From: an uncultured Candidatus Saccharibacteria bacterium
GTDB taxonomy: Bacteria; Patescibacteriota; Minisyncoccia; UBA6257; 2-01-FULL-56-20
NCBI GenBank assembly: GCA_965231155.1
Contig: OZ246418.1
Coordinates: 42,266-106,265 of the forward strand
DNA length: 64,000 nucleotides
Reading direction: 5' to 3'
Positions 49,663 through 56,877 of this stretch are shown one piece after another. A model generated the notes under the pieces. It was not told where the DNA came from and did no database searches. It saw only the letters and a list, made by a program, of their open reading frames with translations. Position 1 is the stretch's first letter, and each line of letters begins with the position of its first letter. The translations under genes and the position numbers were made by a program.

Positions 49663-50180
49663 AGGAAGATTTGGATGAGCGCTGAGACTATGATCAAGAG
49701 CGCGAAGGTAATGCTTACTCCTTGATACGGCAAGAACTTTCCCTTTCTTAAAGTGGTTACAAGTCGGCTCACGTACGGCGCGATCAGAATGATTACCGCA
49801 CCAATCGCCACCCCCACCAAGAAAAGATCGATGGTATAGGTATTATGAAATAACGTTCCATATTTTCCCCACCAACTGATGTAGAGCGGATCGTAATCCC
49901 GGATCAATGGCATGATGGGGATAATCGTGCCCAAGAAAATTAAAATGGAAAGGATACAATACTGCGCCGGAATATACTTTTTCTTTGGCAGCCCAGCAAG
50001 CCACATACCCAAGGCTAACGCGAACGCCCCAATCATGACGCCAACAATCACCGAAGAAATTCCCAGAGATACCGCGAGAACCGCGAGCACGCCGGCTCCA
50101 GCTGTACACAAGGGACAGTGGGCCAGAGCCAACTTAGGGAAAAACAACAACGATAGAGGTAGCCAAAGAAATTTCTTCAT
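49659..50180 (-). CDS. Membrane protein with N-terminal HCPLC motif
   Basis: Signal/TM then CPLC. Four further TM segments. 4-nt overlap with preceding gene. Confidence 0.35.
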   Translation of the reverse strand: MKKFLWLPLSLLFFPKLALAHCPLCTAGAGVLAVLAVSLGISSVIVGVMIGAFALALGMWLAGLPKKKYIPAQYCILSILIFLGTIIPIMPLIRDYDPLYISWWGKYGTLFHNTYTIDLFLVGVAIGAVIILIAPYVSRLVTTLRKGKFLPYQGVSITFALLIIVSALIQIFL

Positions 50181-50182
50181 AG

Positions 50183-50674
50183 TTAGTATTTCATGAACTC
50201 ACCGATCGAACCGTCTTTTCCCAGGGCAAAGATAGTCCACTCTCCGGTTTTCTGACCAGGCATACCAGGTGATCCCGCAGGCATGCCGGGCAAAGCGATA
50301 CCCTTGATATCCGGCTTTTCGGTCAGTAGTTTATTAATGATCTCAAGCGGAATATGGCCTTCGATCACATAGTCTCCGATCACCGTCGTATGACAGCTCT
50401 GTAGATTGGCTGGAATACCATACTGGTTTTTGATCGGAGTAAGATCAGGAAGATTTTCTATTTTCACCGACAGGCCTTCGTGCTTCAGATATTCAGCGTA
50501 GACCTGACAACAGCCGCAGGTGGGAGTTTTGTAGACGGTCGCCTGAAGGGCTAATCCCACAGTACCAGTTTTTGGAGCCTCCTGACTATTCGTAAAGGTA
50601 CCGATAAGAACCAGACCGCCGATCACCACCACCGCTCCGAGAAACAAGATTTTGTTTGTAGCATATTTTTTCAT
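50183..50674 (-). CDS. DUF411-like periplasmic metal-binding protein
   Basis: Signal anchor, then TCGCC motif characteristic of DUF411 proteins, often found in copper-resistance loci. Met/Pro/Gly-rich GMPAGSPGMPG segment. Confidence 0.5.
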   Translation of the reverse strand: MKKYATNKILFLGAVVVIGGLVLIGTFTNSQEAPKTGTVGLALQATVYKTPTCGCCQVYAEYLKHEGLSVKIENLPDLTPIKNQYGIPANLQSCHTTVIGDYVIEGHIPLEIINKLLTEKPDIKGIALPGMPAGSPGMPGQKTGEWTIFALGKDGSIGEFMKY

Positions 50675-50687
50675 GAGTGAGTGATTT

Positions 50688-51290
50688 TTATTTGGACCAA
50701 GCCTTTTCCCAACTCCGCATCATCTCAATCTCTTTGGACTGCGAGGTGATAATCTGATCGGCCAATTCTTTCATCTCCGCCCGATCGGTTGTCGAGGCAA
50801 GCATCCGGGCCATCATCACCGCCATCTCGTGATGCGGAATCATCTGTCGGATAAACTCTAAGTCAAAATCTTTGGCGCTACTTAAAACATCTAAATCTCC
50901 ACTCATACTATCCATATGCATCATACCGCCACCCATCATACCCATACTTTGATTCGTTGCCGGAACCTGCGCGCCAAACCAATTCTCGTACCATCCTTTC
51001 ATACTCACGATCTCGCGCTGTTGTGCTTCAATAATTCCATTCGCCAAAGAAAGTATCTCCGGCCGTTTTGATTTTTTGAGCGCCAGTTCGGCCATCGCGA
51101 TCGCCCCGTCGTGATGCGGAATCATCTGCTCAATGAAATGCTGATCGATATTTCCCATCATTGATCCGCTTGAACCTCGATAGAAACCTCCCATCATTCC
51201 TCTCATTCCCCATCCACCGAAGAGCAGTGGCGTAAGAAGTACGCCGACTAACACTCCTCCTAAACCAACGATTATGTTTTCTTTTGTCAT
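50688..51290 (-). CDS. DUF305 protein (tandem duplicated, copper-resistance associated)
   Basis: Two copies of the MIPHHxxA...M motif (MIPHHDGAIAMA and MIPHHEMAVMMA). Met/Gly-rich linker. Confidence 0.7.
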   Translation of the reverse strand: MTKENIIVGLGGVLVGVLLTPLLFGGWGMRGMMGGFYRGSSGSMMGNIDQHFIEQMIPHHDGAIAMAELALKKSKRPEILSLANGIIEAQQREIVSMKGWYENWFGAQVPATNQSMGMMGGGMMHMDSMSGDLDVLSSAKDFDLEFIRQMIPHHEMAVMMARMLASTTDRAEMKELADQIITSQSKEIEMMRSWEKAWSK

Positions 51291-51301
51291 GTTTTTATTA
51301 T

Positions 51302-53287
51302 TTATAAAGTTTTCTGTCGCAGTAGCACAGCATTCACCGCCACAATTACTGTGGAGAGGGACATGAGTGCTGCTGCTAATGCTGGCTCAAGAAACAATCC
51401 CCACGTCGCGAATACTCCAGCAGCTAACGGAATGGCAATCACGTTGTACCCCGTAGCCCAGAAAAGATTCTGGATCATCTTCCGATAGGTCAGACGAGAA
51501 AGTTTGATGATCTTCACAATGTCTCTCGGATCATTTCTGACGAGAATTATTCCCGCTGATTCAATGGCCACATTCGTTCCTGCGCCAATTGCTATCCCCA
51601 AGTCTGCTTGTGTGAGCGCCGGAGCGTCATTGATCCCATCCCCCACCATAGCGACCTTTTTGCCCTGTTCTTGAAGCAGTTTCACTTTTTCCGATTTATC
51701 TTTCGGCATAACGCGGGCAAAGTAGTCATCAAGGTTCAATTCTTTGGCCACCCAGCGAGCGACATCCTCAGCATCTCCCGTAATCATCATCACCTTTACT
51801 CCTGTGCTCTGAAGGTCACGGACCGCATCCCGGGATTCTTCGCGAATAATATCGGCGAGAGCGATAGCACCAACAAGCGCATCATTTTGGATAACATACA
51901 CAACAGTTTTTCCTTCTTCGGAAAGCGTGGCGACTTTCCGCTTGAACTCCTCTCCTCCTGCAATATGCTTACCTAGAATCAACGACTCGCTCCCCACCAC
52001 TACTTTATTTCCGCCGACTGTCGCGGCCGATCCCTGTCCGGGTAAACGAGTAAATTCTTCGATTCGCGGCAAAGAAATGTTTCTCTTCTCGGCTTCGCGA
52101 ATGATTGACTTGGCGATGGGATGCTCCGACTGGCTATCAACGGCGGCGGCCAAAGCGAGAACTTCTTCCTCGCTCTTGCTTTCTGCGGGAATGATATTAG
52201 AAACTCCGAACTCACCGCGAGTGAGCGTTCCTGTCTTATCGAATAGAACCGTATCAATATTTCTGGCCGCTTCGAGCGCCAAACGTTGCTTTACCAAAAA
52301 TCCATTCTGAGCAGCTTTCGTTGTAGATATAGAAGCCACTAACGGAATGGCCAAACCAAGTGCATGGGGACAAGCGATGACCAAAACCGCGACCATCCGC
52401 TCGATCGCAAACGAAGGCTCGGCAAAGAAAAGCCAAGCAATTAAAGTAGCTAAGCCGGTCGCGATAGCAATGATCGTGAGGTAATATGCGGCTCTATCTG
52501 AAAGTATCTGCAAGCGAGACTTCGAGGCTTGAGCTTCGGAAACAAGCCGCATCACTCCAGCTAAAAATGTATGCTCACCAATTTTATTTATTTTAACGGT
52601 GAGGGAGCCATCACCATTTACTGTTCCAGCGATTACCTCATCTCCTTCTTTTTTAGAGACTGGCTTTGATTCTCCGGTCGCTACTGACTCGTTTACTTCG
52701 GAGGTTCCTTCTAGGACCATACCATCAGCAGGAATTGTGCTTCCAGGTCGGACCAAAACCATATCTCCTTCCTTGAGTTGATCGAGAGGAATCACCACTG
52801 TCTTACCATCACGAATAACCTCGGCTTGATCCGGCAGAAGTTTAGAAAGCTCCTTCAAAGCACCTTGAGCACCGGAGACTGCTCGCATTTCGATCCAGTG
52901 TCCAAGAAGCATGATCGTAATCAGAGTTGCTAGTTCCCAGAAAAGAGTATGCGATTCTCCTCTTAAGAAAATGTAAAGACTATAGATATATGCTACCGAA
53001 ATCGCGAGAGAAATCAGGGTCATCATTCCCGGCAGTTTGGCCTTGATTTCGTTCTGGGCGCTTTTTATAAATACCCACCCTCCATACAAGAAGATGATTG
53101 AAGAAAGTATCGGAGAAATAAACTGCCACCCAGGAAACAAAGGTGGTTGCCAGTTAAAAAGCATCGGGACGATATCCGAGTAAAGTAATACCGGAATCGT
53201 TAATACAAAAGATACGAGGAATTTCTTTTTGAAGGCTTCCGTATGATGCCCAGCGTGCTTATTGAACTTATGTATATTGTGGTCCAT
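51302..53287 (-). CDS. copB: Copper-translocating P1B-type ATPase (CopB-like, His-rich N-terminus, no HMA domain)
   Basis: CPH motif in TM6 (IACPHALGLA), DKTGTLT phosphorylation site, GDGINDAP hinge. N-terminal HKFNKHAGHH. Confidence 0.9.
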   Translation of the reverse strand: MDHNIHKFNKHAGHHTEAFKKKFLVSFVLTIPVLLYSDIVPMLFNWQPPLFPGWQFISPILSSIIFLYGGWVFIKSAQNEIKAKLPGMMTLISLAISVAYIYSLYIFLRGESHTLFWELATLITIMLLGHWIEMRAVSGAQGALKELSKLLPDQAEVIRDGKTVVIPLDQLKEGDMVLVRPGSTIPADGMVLEGTSEVNESVATGESKPVSKKEGDEVIAGTVNGDGSLTVKINKIGEHTFLAGVMRLVSEAQASKSRLQILSDRAAYYLTIIAIATGLATLIAWLFFAEPSFAIERMVAVLVIACPHALGLAIPLVASISTTKAAQNGFLVKQRLALEAARNIDTVLFDKTGTLTRGEFGVSNIIPAESKSEEEVLALAAAVDSQSEHPIAKSIIREAEKRNISLPRIEEFTRLPGQGSAATVGGNKVVVGSESLILGKHIAGGEEFKRKVATLSEEGKTVVYVIQNDALVGAIALADIIREESRDAVRDLQSTGVKVMMITGDAEDVARWVAKELNLDDYFARVMPKDKSEKVKLLQEQGKKVAMVGDGINDAPALTQADLGIAIGAGTNVAIESAGIILVRNDPRDIVKIIKLSRLTYRKMIQNLFWATGYNVIAIPLAAGVFATWGLFLEPALAAALMSLSTVIVAVNAVLLRQKTL

Positions 53288-53299
53288 AGATCTAAAAAT

Positions 53300-53569
53300 T
53301 TATTTCTTCTTTGATCGTTTATAGACGGTCATAATCTCCTTCATAGCCTGTGCCTCCTTACCACTCTTCATCTGCTCAACCACATGAGTCGTGAGGTGAT
53401 TTTCTAATAAAAGATCTTCGACACTCGATAAGGCCTCTTTGATCGCCGAAGACTGAGTGATGATGTCTATGCAATATTTCTCCTCATCGACCATGCGCTC
53501 CAATCCCCGTACCTGTCCCTCGATCCGATGCAACCGAGAAGTTAATTTATTTTTAATGTCTTTTCTCAT
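53300..53569 (-). CDS. csoR: CsoR/RcnR-family metal-sensing repressor
   Basis: RLHRIEGQVRGLERMVDEEKYCIDIITQSSAIKEA: CsoR signature with Cys (C-x-D-I) and the His/Cys ligand set. Confidence 0.8.
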   Translation of the reverse strand: MRKDIKNKLTSRLHRIEGQVRGLERMVDEEKYCIDIITQSSAIKEALSSVEDLLLENHLTTHVVEQMKSGKEAQAMKEIMTVYKRSKKK

Positions 53570-53574
53570 AACCC

Positions 53575-53599
53575 CATTATACCCCCCTAGGGTATAATG
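53575..53599. promoter_or_regulatory. 25-bp palindrome CATTATACCCCCCTAGGGTATAATG: CsoR-box-like operator (ATACCC-N-GGGTAT) with symmetric -10 TATAAT hexamers on both strands (divergent promoter)
   Basis: Perfect 10-bp arms around a CCCTAGGG core, seen directly. Sits 6 nt upstream of the csoR start and about 180 nt upstream of the first cassette gene on the + strand. Confidence 0.5.
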
Positions 53600-53616
53600 T
53601 CAACATCCTGTTAAAA

Positions 53617-53756
53617 CTGTCTCATTTGTCTCATTTAGCCCTAGACCGAGACGGGTCAGTTATTACCCTATTCTGACCCCCAAAGAACCCTTATACTGAT
53701 TGAAAGTTCCTGGTACTAGACCGAGGAACACAGCCACCTTGAGATAGGTTCCTCGG
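53617..53756 (+). repeat. Leader repeat copy 1 (modules W gtctcatttgtctcattt, X gaccgagacgggtcag, Z tatactgattgaaagttcctggtactagaccgaggaacacag...ccaccttgagataggtt) upstream of gene 53777
   Basis: Roughly 140 nt, highly similar to 59288-59470 upstream of unrelated gene 59515. Ends in hairpin CCTCGG-gtc-CGAGG that pairs with the GAGGAG RBS. Confidence 0.5.
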
Positions 53757-53776
53757 GTCCGAGGAGCATTAAAGAT

Positions 53777-54439
53777 ATGTTTGAATGGCTAAAAGATAAA
53801 ACAATCGGAAAGTTCAGGCGCTGGAAGTCTCGACTATTTCTACGTATTATCGGAGAACTACATAAAGAACGCATGCGCGAACGCTTAAAAGACGTCCCCG
53901 CAGAACTGAAAGAGTATCATGCCAGAGAGACCATAATGAATGGAAATAGCACCGCACTGCATAATCTTTATAGAAAGGCCAAAGATAGCAAAAAGTTTCA
54001 GGAGGCATTTTTGTATTTTTTCTATGAGTTTGAAATAAATCTTAAGCATATGATCATGTCCGAGATGATGGTTGCAAACAGCATGGAGGCACTCAAACGT
54101 GACGAGAATAATCATTTCCCCATATATTCGGAAGATGAGGTATTAAAAATTCAAAAAATTGGACATATTTCCACTCTGATAGAAAAATTTTCCTCCGTTC
54201 ATGGTGATGAGATTGAAGATAGCTTAAAGGCCATCAACGACGCAAGAAATTTCATCATTCACAACATGCTAAAGGAGGAAATGAACGAAGGGCAGATTGA
54301 AAAATCATTTGAATACTTCTTCGTAGCCACCAATGGTCACATCAATAAAGCTTATAGATTTTTTGATAAAACGCTCGAAGAAAGACCCGAAAAAATACTG
54401 GCTACAGTGAAAAAGATTGCAGTAGAGAAGATACGCTAG
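53777..54439 (+). CDS. Hypothetical alpha-helical protein with HEPN-type R-N-x3-H motif
   Basis: C-terminal KAINDARNFIIHNML (RNxxxH). Mostly helical composition. Cassette 1 of the array. Confidence 0.4.
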   Translation: MFEWLKDKTIGKFRRWKSRLFLRIIGELHKERMRERLKDVPAELKEYHARETIMNGNSTALHNLYRKAKDSKKFQEAFLYFFYEFEINLKHMIMSEMMVANSMEALKRDENNHFPIYSEDEVLKIQKIGHISTLIEKFSSVHGDEIEDSLKAINDARNFIIHNMLKEEMNEGQIEKSFEYFFVATNGHINKAYRFFDKTLEERPEKILATVKKIAVEKIR

Positions 54440-54463
54440 AATTCCGTCCGAGGAGCATCAGAA

Positions 54464-54823
54464 ATGGAAGATTCAATATCATTGCAACTCGCAAAACAGT
54501 ATCTCGGAAAAGAGGTTGAGGTGACTATGGACCGACCGCTTGGAACTAAACATCCCAAGCATGGCTTTATATATGAAGCGAACTACGGTTTTATTGAAGG
54601 AGTAGAAGCTCCTGACGGAGAAGATCTGGACGCCTACTACCTGGGAGTGCAAACACCTCTTCAACAAGCAAAAGGAGTTTGTATTGCAATAGCCCATCGC
54701 AGAGACAATGACGACGACAAACTGATTGTCGTTCCCAAAGGAACTAAATTAACAGATGAGCAGATTATGCTTGCAATCCATTTCCAAGAGCAGTGGTTTG
54801 ATACAGGAATCGTTAGAAAATGA
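54464..54823 (+). CDS. Small protein with degenerate inorganic-pyrophosphatase-like acidic motif
   Basis: APDGEDLDAYY resembles family I PPase D-x-D-x-x-D signature in degenerate form. 119 aa. Confidence 0.3.
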   Translation: MEDSISLQLAKQYLGKEVEVTMDRPLGTKHPKHGFIYEANYGFIEGVEAPDGEDLDAYYLGVQTPLQQAKGVCIAIAHRRDNDDDKLIVVPKGTKLTDEQIMLAIHFQEQWFDTGIVRK

Positions 54824-54868
54824 CCCGTCCGAGGAGGGTCAAAAGGTAAGATAAAGAAACTTAAGAAA

Positions 54869-54914
54869 AGCCTCTGGTGGTCTCACTTTTTAAATATCCG
54901 AGACCGAGGAGGCC
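54869..54914 (+). repeat. Y-module hairpin copy 1 (CCTCTGGTGGTCTC-actttttaaatatcc-GAGACCGAGGAGG) pairing RBS with upstream CCTC
   Basis: One of three near-identical copies (also at about 55605-55650 and 56735-56773), each 10-20 nt upstream of a different start codon. Confidence 0.5.
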
Positions 54915-54922
54915 AGACGGCC

Positions 54923-55558
54923 ATGGGCCTTGAACAACGTAATAACGGAAGCGATATACTTAAGCTAATGGAACCAGAAATTAAACTTGTAGTCGAAGAA
55001 TCATTAACAAAAGTAAAGCGCATTTTCAACGTGGAAGATGTTTCAGCTCAAGTCGAAGAAGATCCCTCCCAGGTGATTCCTGAAACCGGCGCAGGCGGCT
55101 CCACTCCCGACTCACATACCATCTGCGTCTATTACGACTCCAACAATAAAAATCTTAGGAAAAATTTTCGGGAGGAAATCAAGAGCACGGTAACGCATGA
55201 ATTCCACCATGCAATCAGGAATAGGACCTACAACTGGAAGGAAGATACACTGCTTGGCGCGATAATCAGCGAAGGACTTGCCGATCACTTTGATATAGAA
55301 GTAAACAGTGGAAAACCAAAACCTTGGTCTGTTGCCCTAACTGATACTGAGCTAGAAAGAGTTGAAGAAATTGCTACCCCTGAATTGAATAGTCGCGAAT
55401 ACAACCACGCGGATTGGTTCTTCGGTTCGAAAAAAAGAAATATTCCCAGATGGGCAGGGTATGCGATGGGTTTTAAACTTGTGGGCGAATACCTGAAAAA
55501 GACCGGCAAGAAAGCTTCTGCGTTAGTTGCCGAACCTGCGAGATCTTTCTTTGACTAG
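54923..55558 (+). CDS. Putative zincin-like metallopeptidase (HExxH)
   Basis: THEFHHAIRN HExxH motif with downstream Glu/Asp-rich segment. Roughly DUF2268-like arrangement (inference). Confidence 0.35.
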   Translation: MGLEQRNNGSDILKLMEPEIKLVVEESLTKVKRIFNVEDVSAQVEEDPSQVIPETGAGGSTPDSHTICVYYDSNNKNLRKNFREEIKSTVTHEFHHAIRNRTYNWKEDTLLGAIISEGLADHFDIEVNSGKPKPWSVALTDTELERVEEIATPELNSREYNHADWFFGSKKRNIPRWAGYAMGFKLVGEYLKKTGKKASALVAEPARSFFD

Positions 55559-55604
55559 TGCTCGAGATGGATTGGAACGGTAGCATAAAGAAACCTCAGA
55601 AAAA

Positions 55605-55650
55605 CCTCTGGTGGTCTCACTTTTAAAATATCCGAGATCGAGGAGGCCAG
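55605..55650 (+). repeat. Y-module hairpin copy 2
   Basis: cctctggtggtctcacttttaaaatatccgagatcgaggaggccag; followed by an X-like gagaccgagacggatca segment. Confidence 0.5.
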
Positions 55651-55727
55651 CACGAGTCAGCGCGGTATCGTATGAGACCGAGACGGATCATATTTTGCTA
55701 ATTCTTGAAAAAGATTAGAATGGGAGC

Positions 55728-56156
55728 ATGTCTCAGGATTTGCCACAAAAAGAATTGATAATCGCCGTAGTGGAAAAAGACAGCGCTTTATTAATGCGAA
55801 AAAAGCCAGCTGGATCTCCTCCGTATGTAGAAACCTGGTATTCGCTGGGATGCGATCGAATTCCCGGCCAGGATGATCCAACCACTATAAAGAATTATTT
55901 GAAATCAGAAGTTGGCATCGACGTTGAAGTTGATCCTAAATCGATTCCCTTTGGAACTGAAATTAAAGAAGATCACGATGGCATTACCAAGAATTTTATC
56001 TACGTTAACCTCCTTTGTCATTATCTCGGCGGCACACCCAAGATACCCAAAGGCGCTGAAAAAATTGAATGGCTACCAAAAAATAGTTTGGGATCATTTG
56101 ATATCGTACCACCCTCAATAAATCTTTTTAAATCTCTTGGGTATCTAAATTCTTAA
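55728..56156 (+). CDS. Hypothetical protein, weak NUDIX-like layout
   Basis: ELIIAVVEKDSALLMRKK...G(x5)...SEVGI weakly resembles a Nudix fold start. Low confidence. Confidence 0.25.
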   Translation: MSQDLPQKELIIAVVEKDSALLMRKKPAGSPPYVETWYSLGCDRIPGQDDPTTIKNYLKSEVGIDVEVDPKSIPFGTEIKEDHDGITKNFIYVNLLCHYLGGTPKIPKGAEKIEWLPKNSLGSFDIVPPSINLFKSLGYLNS

Positions 56157-56157
56157 A

Positions 56158-56688
56158 ATGCGCAAAAGAAATCTTGGGAAGCTTGAACAATACGATTATA
56201 TCGATGACGAATTTATTGGAGAAACCAGCCCTGATTATATCGAAGCTATCGGCCTATTTGTGCTTGAATTTAGCGCTCTGGAACATGAAATAAATTTACG
56301 AATTGCAGATCAAATTAACGATAGAGCACACTTTCAAGGATATCAGGTCATTGAACTTTTATCCTCAAAAGATAAGATTGATTTATTTTCGAGATGGGTT
56401 GGCGCTTATATGGTCATGGGCAATAGTAAAAAGAAAACTCGATTTAATCGCCTCGTTCAAAAGCTTCGAGAATTAAATGCATTTCGAAATAAAGTTCTGC
56501 ATGCCAATTGGATGTCTGCGGCTAAGGATGGCACAGTTAGAACTCGTATCGTCATCAACGAGGGAGAAGGCGCTGTTCGCTTCGAGAGAACAAAAATCAC
56601 TCCAACATTAATTAATAAAAAATCGGAAGAATGCTCCAGGGCGAGAGATGAGCTCGATGAGATTATGGAGGGAGCTTATAACAGCTAG
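56158..56688 (+). CDS. Hypothetical protein with HEPN-type R-N-x3-H motif
   Basis: LRELNAFRNKVLHANWM (RNxxxH), very similar in local context to the motif in gene 53777 (N-[DA]-[AF]-R-N-x-[IV]-[IL]-H-[NA]-N). Start codon overlaps previous stop (TAAAATG). Confidence 0.4.
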   Translation: MRKRNLGKLEQYDYIDDEFIGETSPDYIEAIGLFVLEFSALEHEINLRIADQINDRAHFQGYQVIELLSSKDKIDLFSRWVGAYMVMGNSKKKTRFNRLVQKLRELNAFRNKVLHANWMSAAKDGTVRTRIVINEGEGAVRFERTKITPTLINKKSEECSRARDELDEIMEGAYNS

Positions 56689-56734
56689 ACCGAGACGGGT
56701 CAGTTACTCCCCTACTACGACCCTCAGAAAACCC

Positions 56735-56773
56735 TTTGGTGGTCTCACTTTTTAAATATCCGAGACCGAGGAG
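56735..56773 (+). repeat. Y-module hairpin copy 3, preceded by X-module copy (56686-56736)
   Basis: tagaccgagacgggtcagttactcccc...aaccctttggtggtctcactttttaaatatccgagaccgaggag. Confidence 0.5.
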
Positions 56774-56877
56774 TCCCATTATAAAAAACGGCGTATTCAG
56801 GTTTTGAATGACTAGACTTAATGTCATTTATATCTCATAATTTCCCCAGCTTTTCCAAAACCTTAGGGAGGACACTC

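Noticed and set aside
54869-54914. Considered the Y module (TGGTCT-N5-TTTAA) as a sigma-54 -24/-12 promoter for the adjacent sigma-54 activator
   Set aside because: GG is present at the -24-like position but the obligatory GC of the -12 element is absent in all three copies.
53617-56773. Considered the cassette array to be a classical integron
   Set aside because: No IntI-type tyrosine recombinase or attI nearby, and the hairpin modules lack the GTTRRRY core pattern. The only recombinase in the window is a serine recombinase 15 kb away on a different element.
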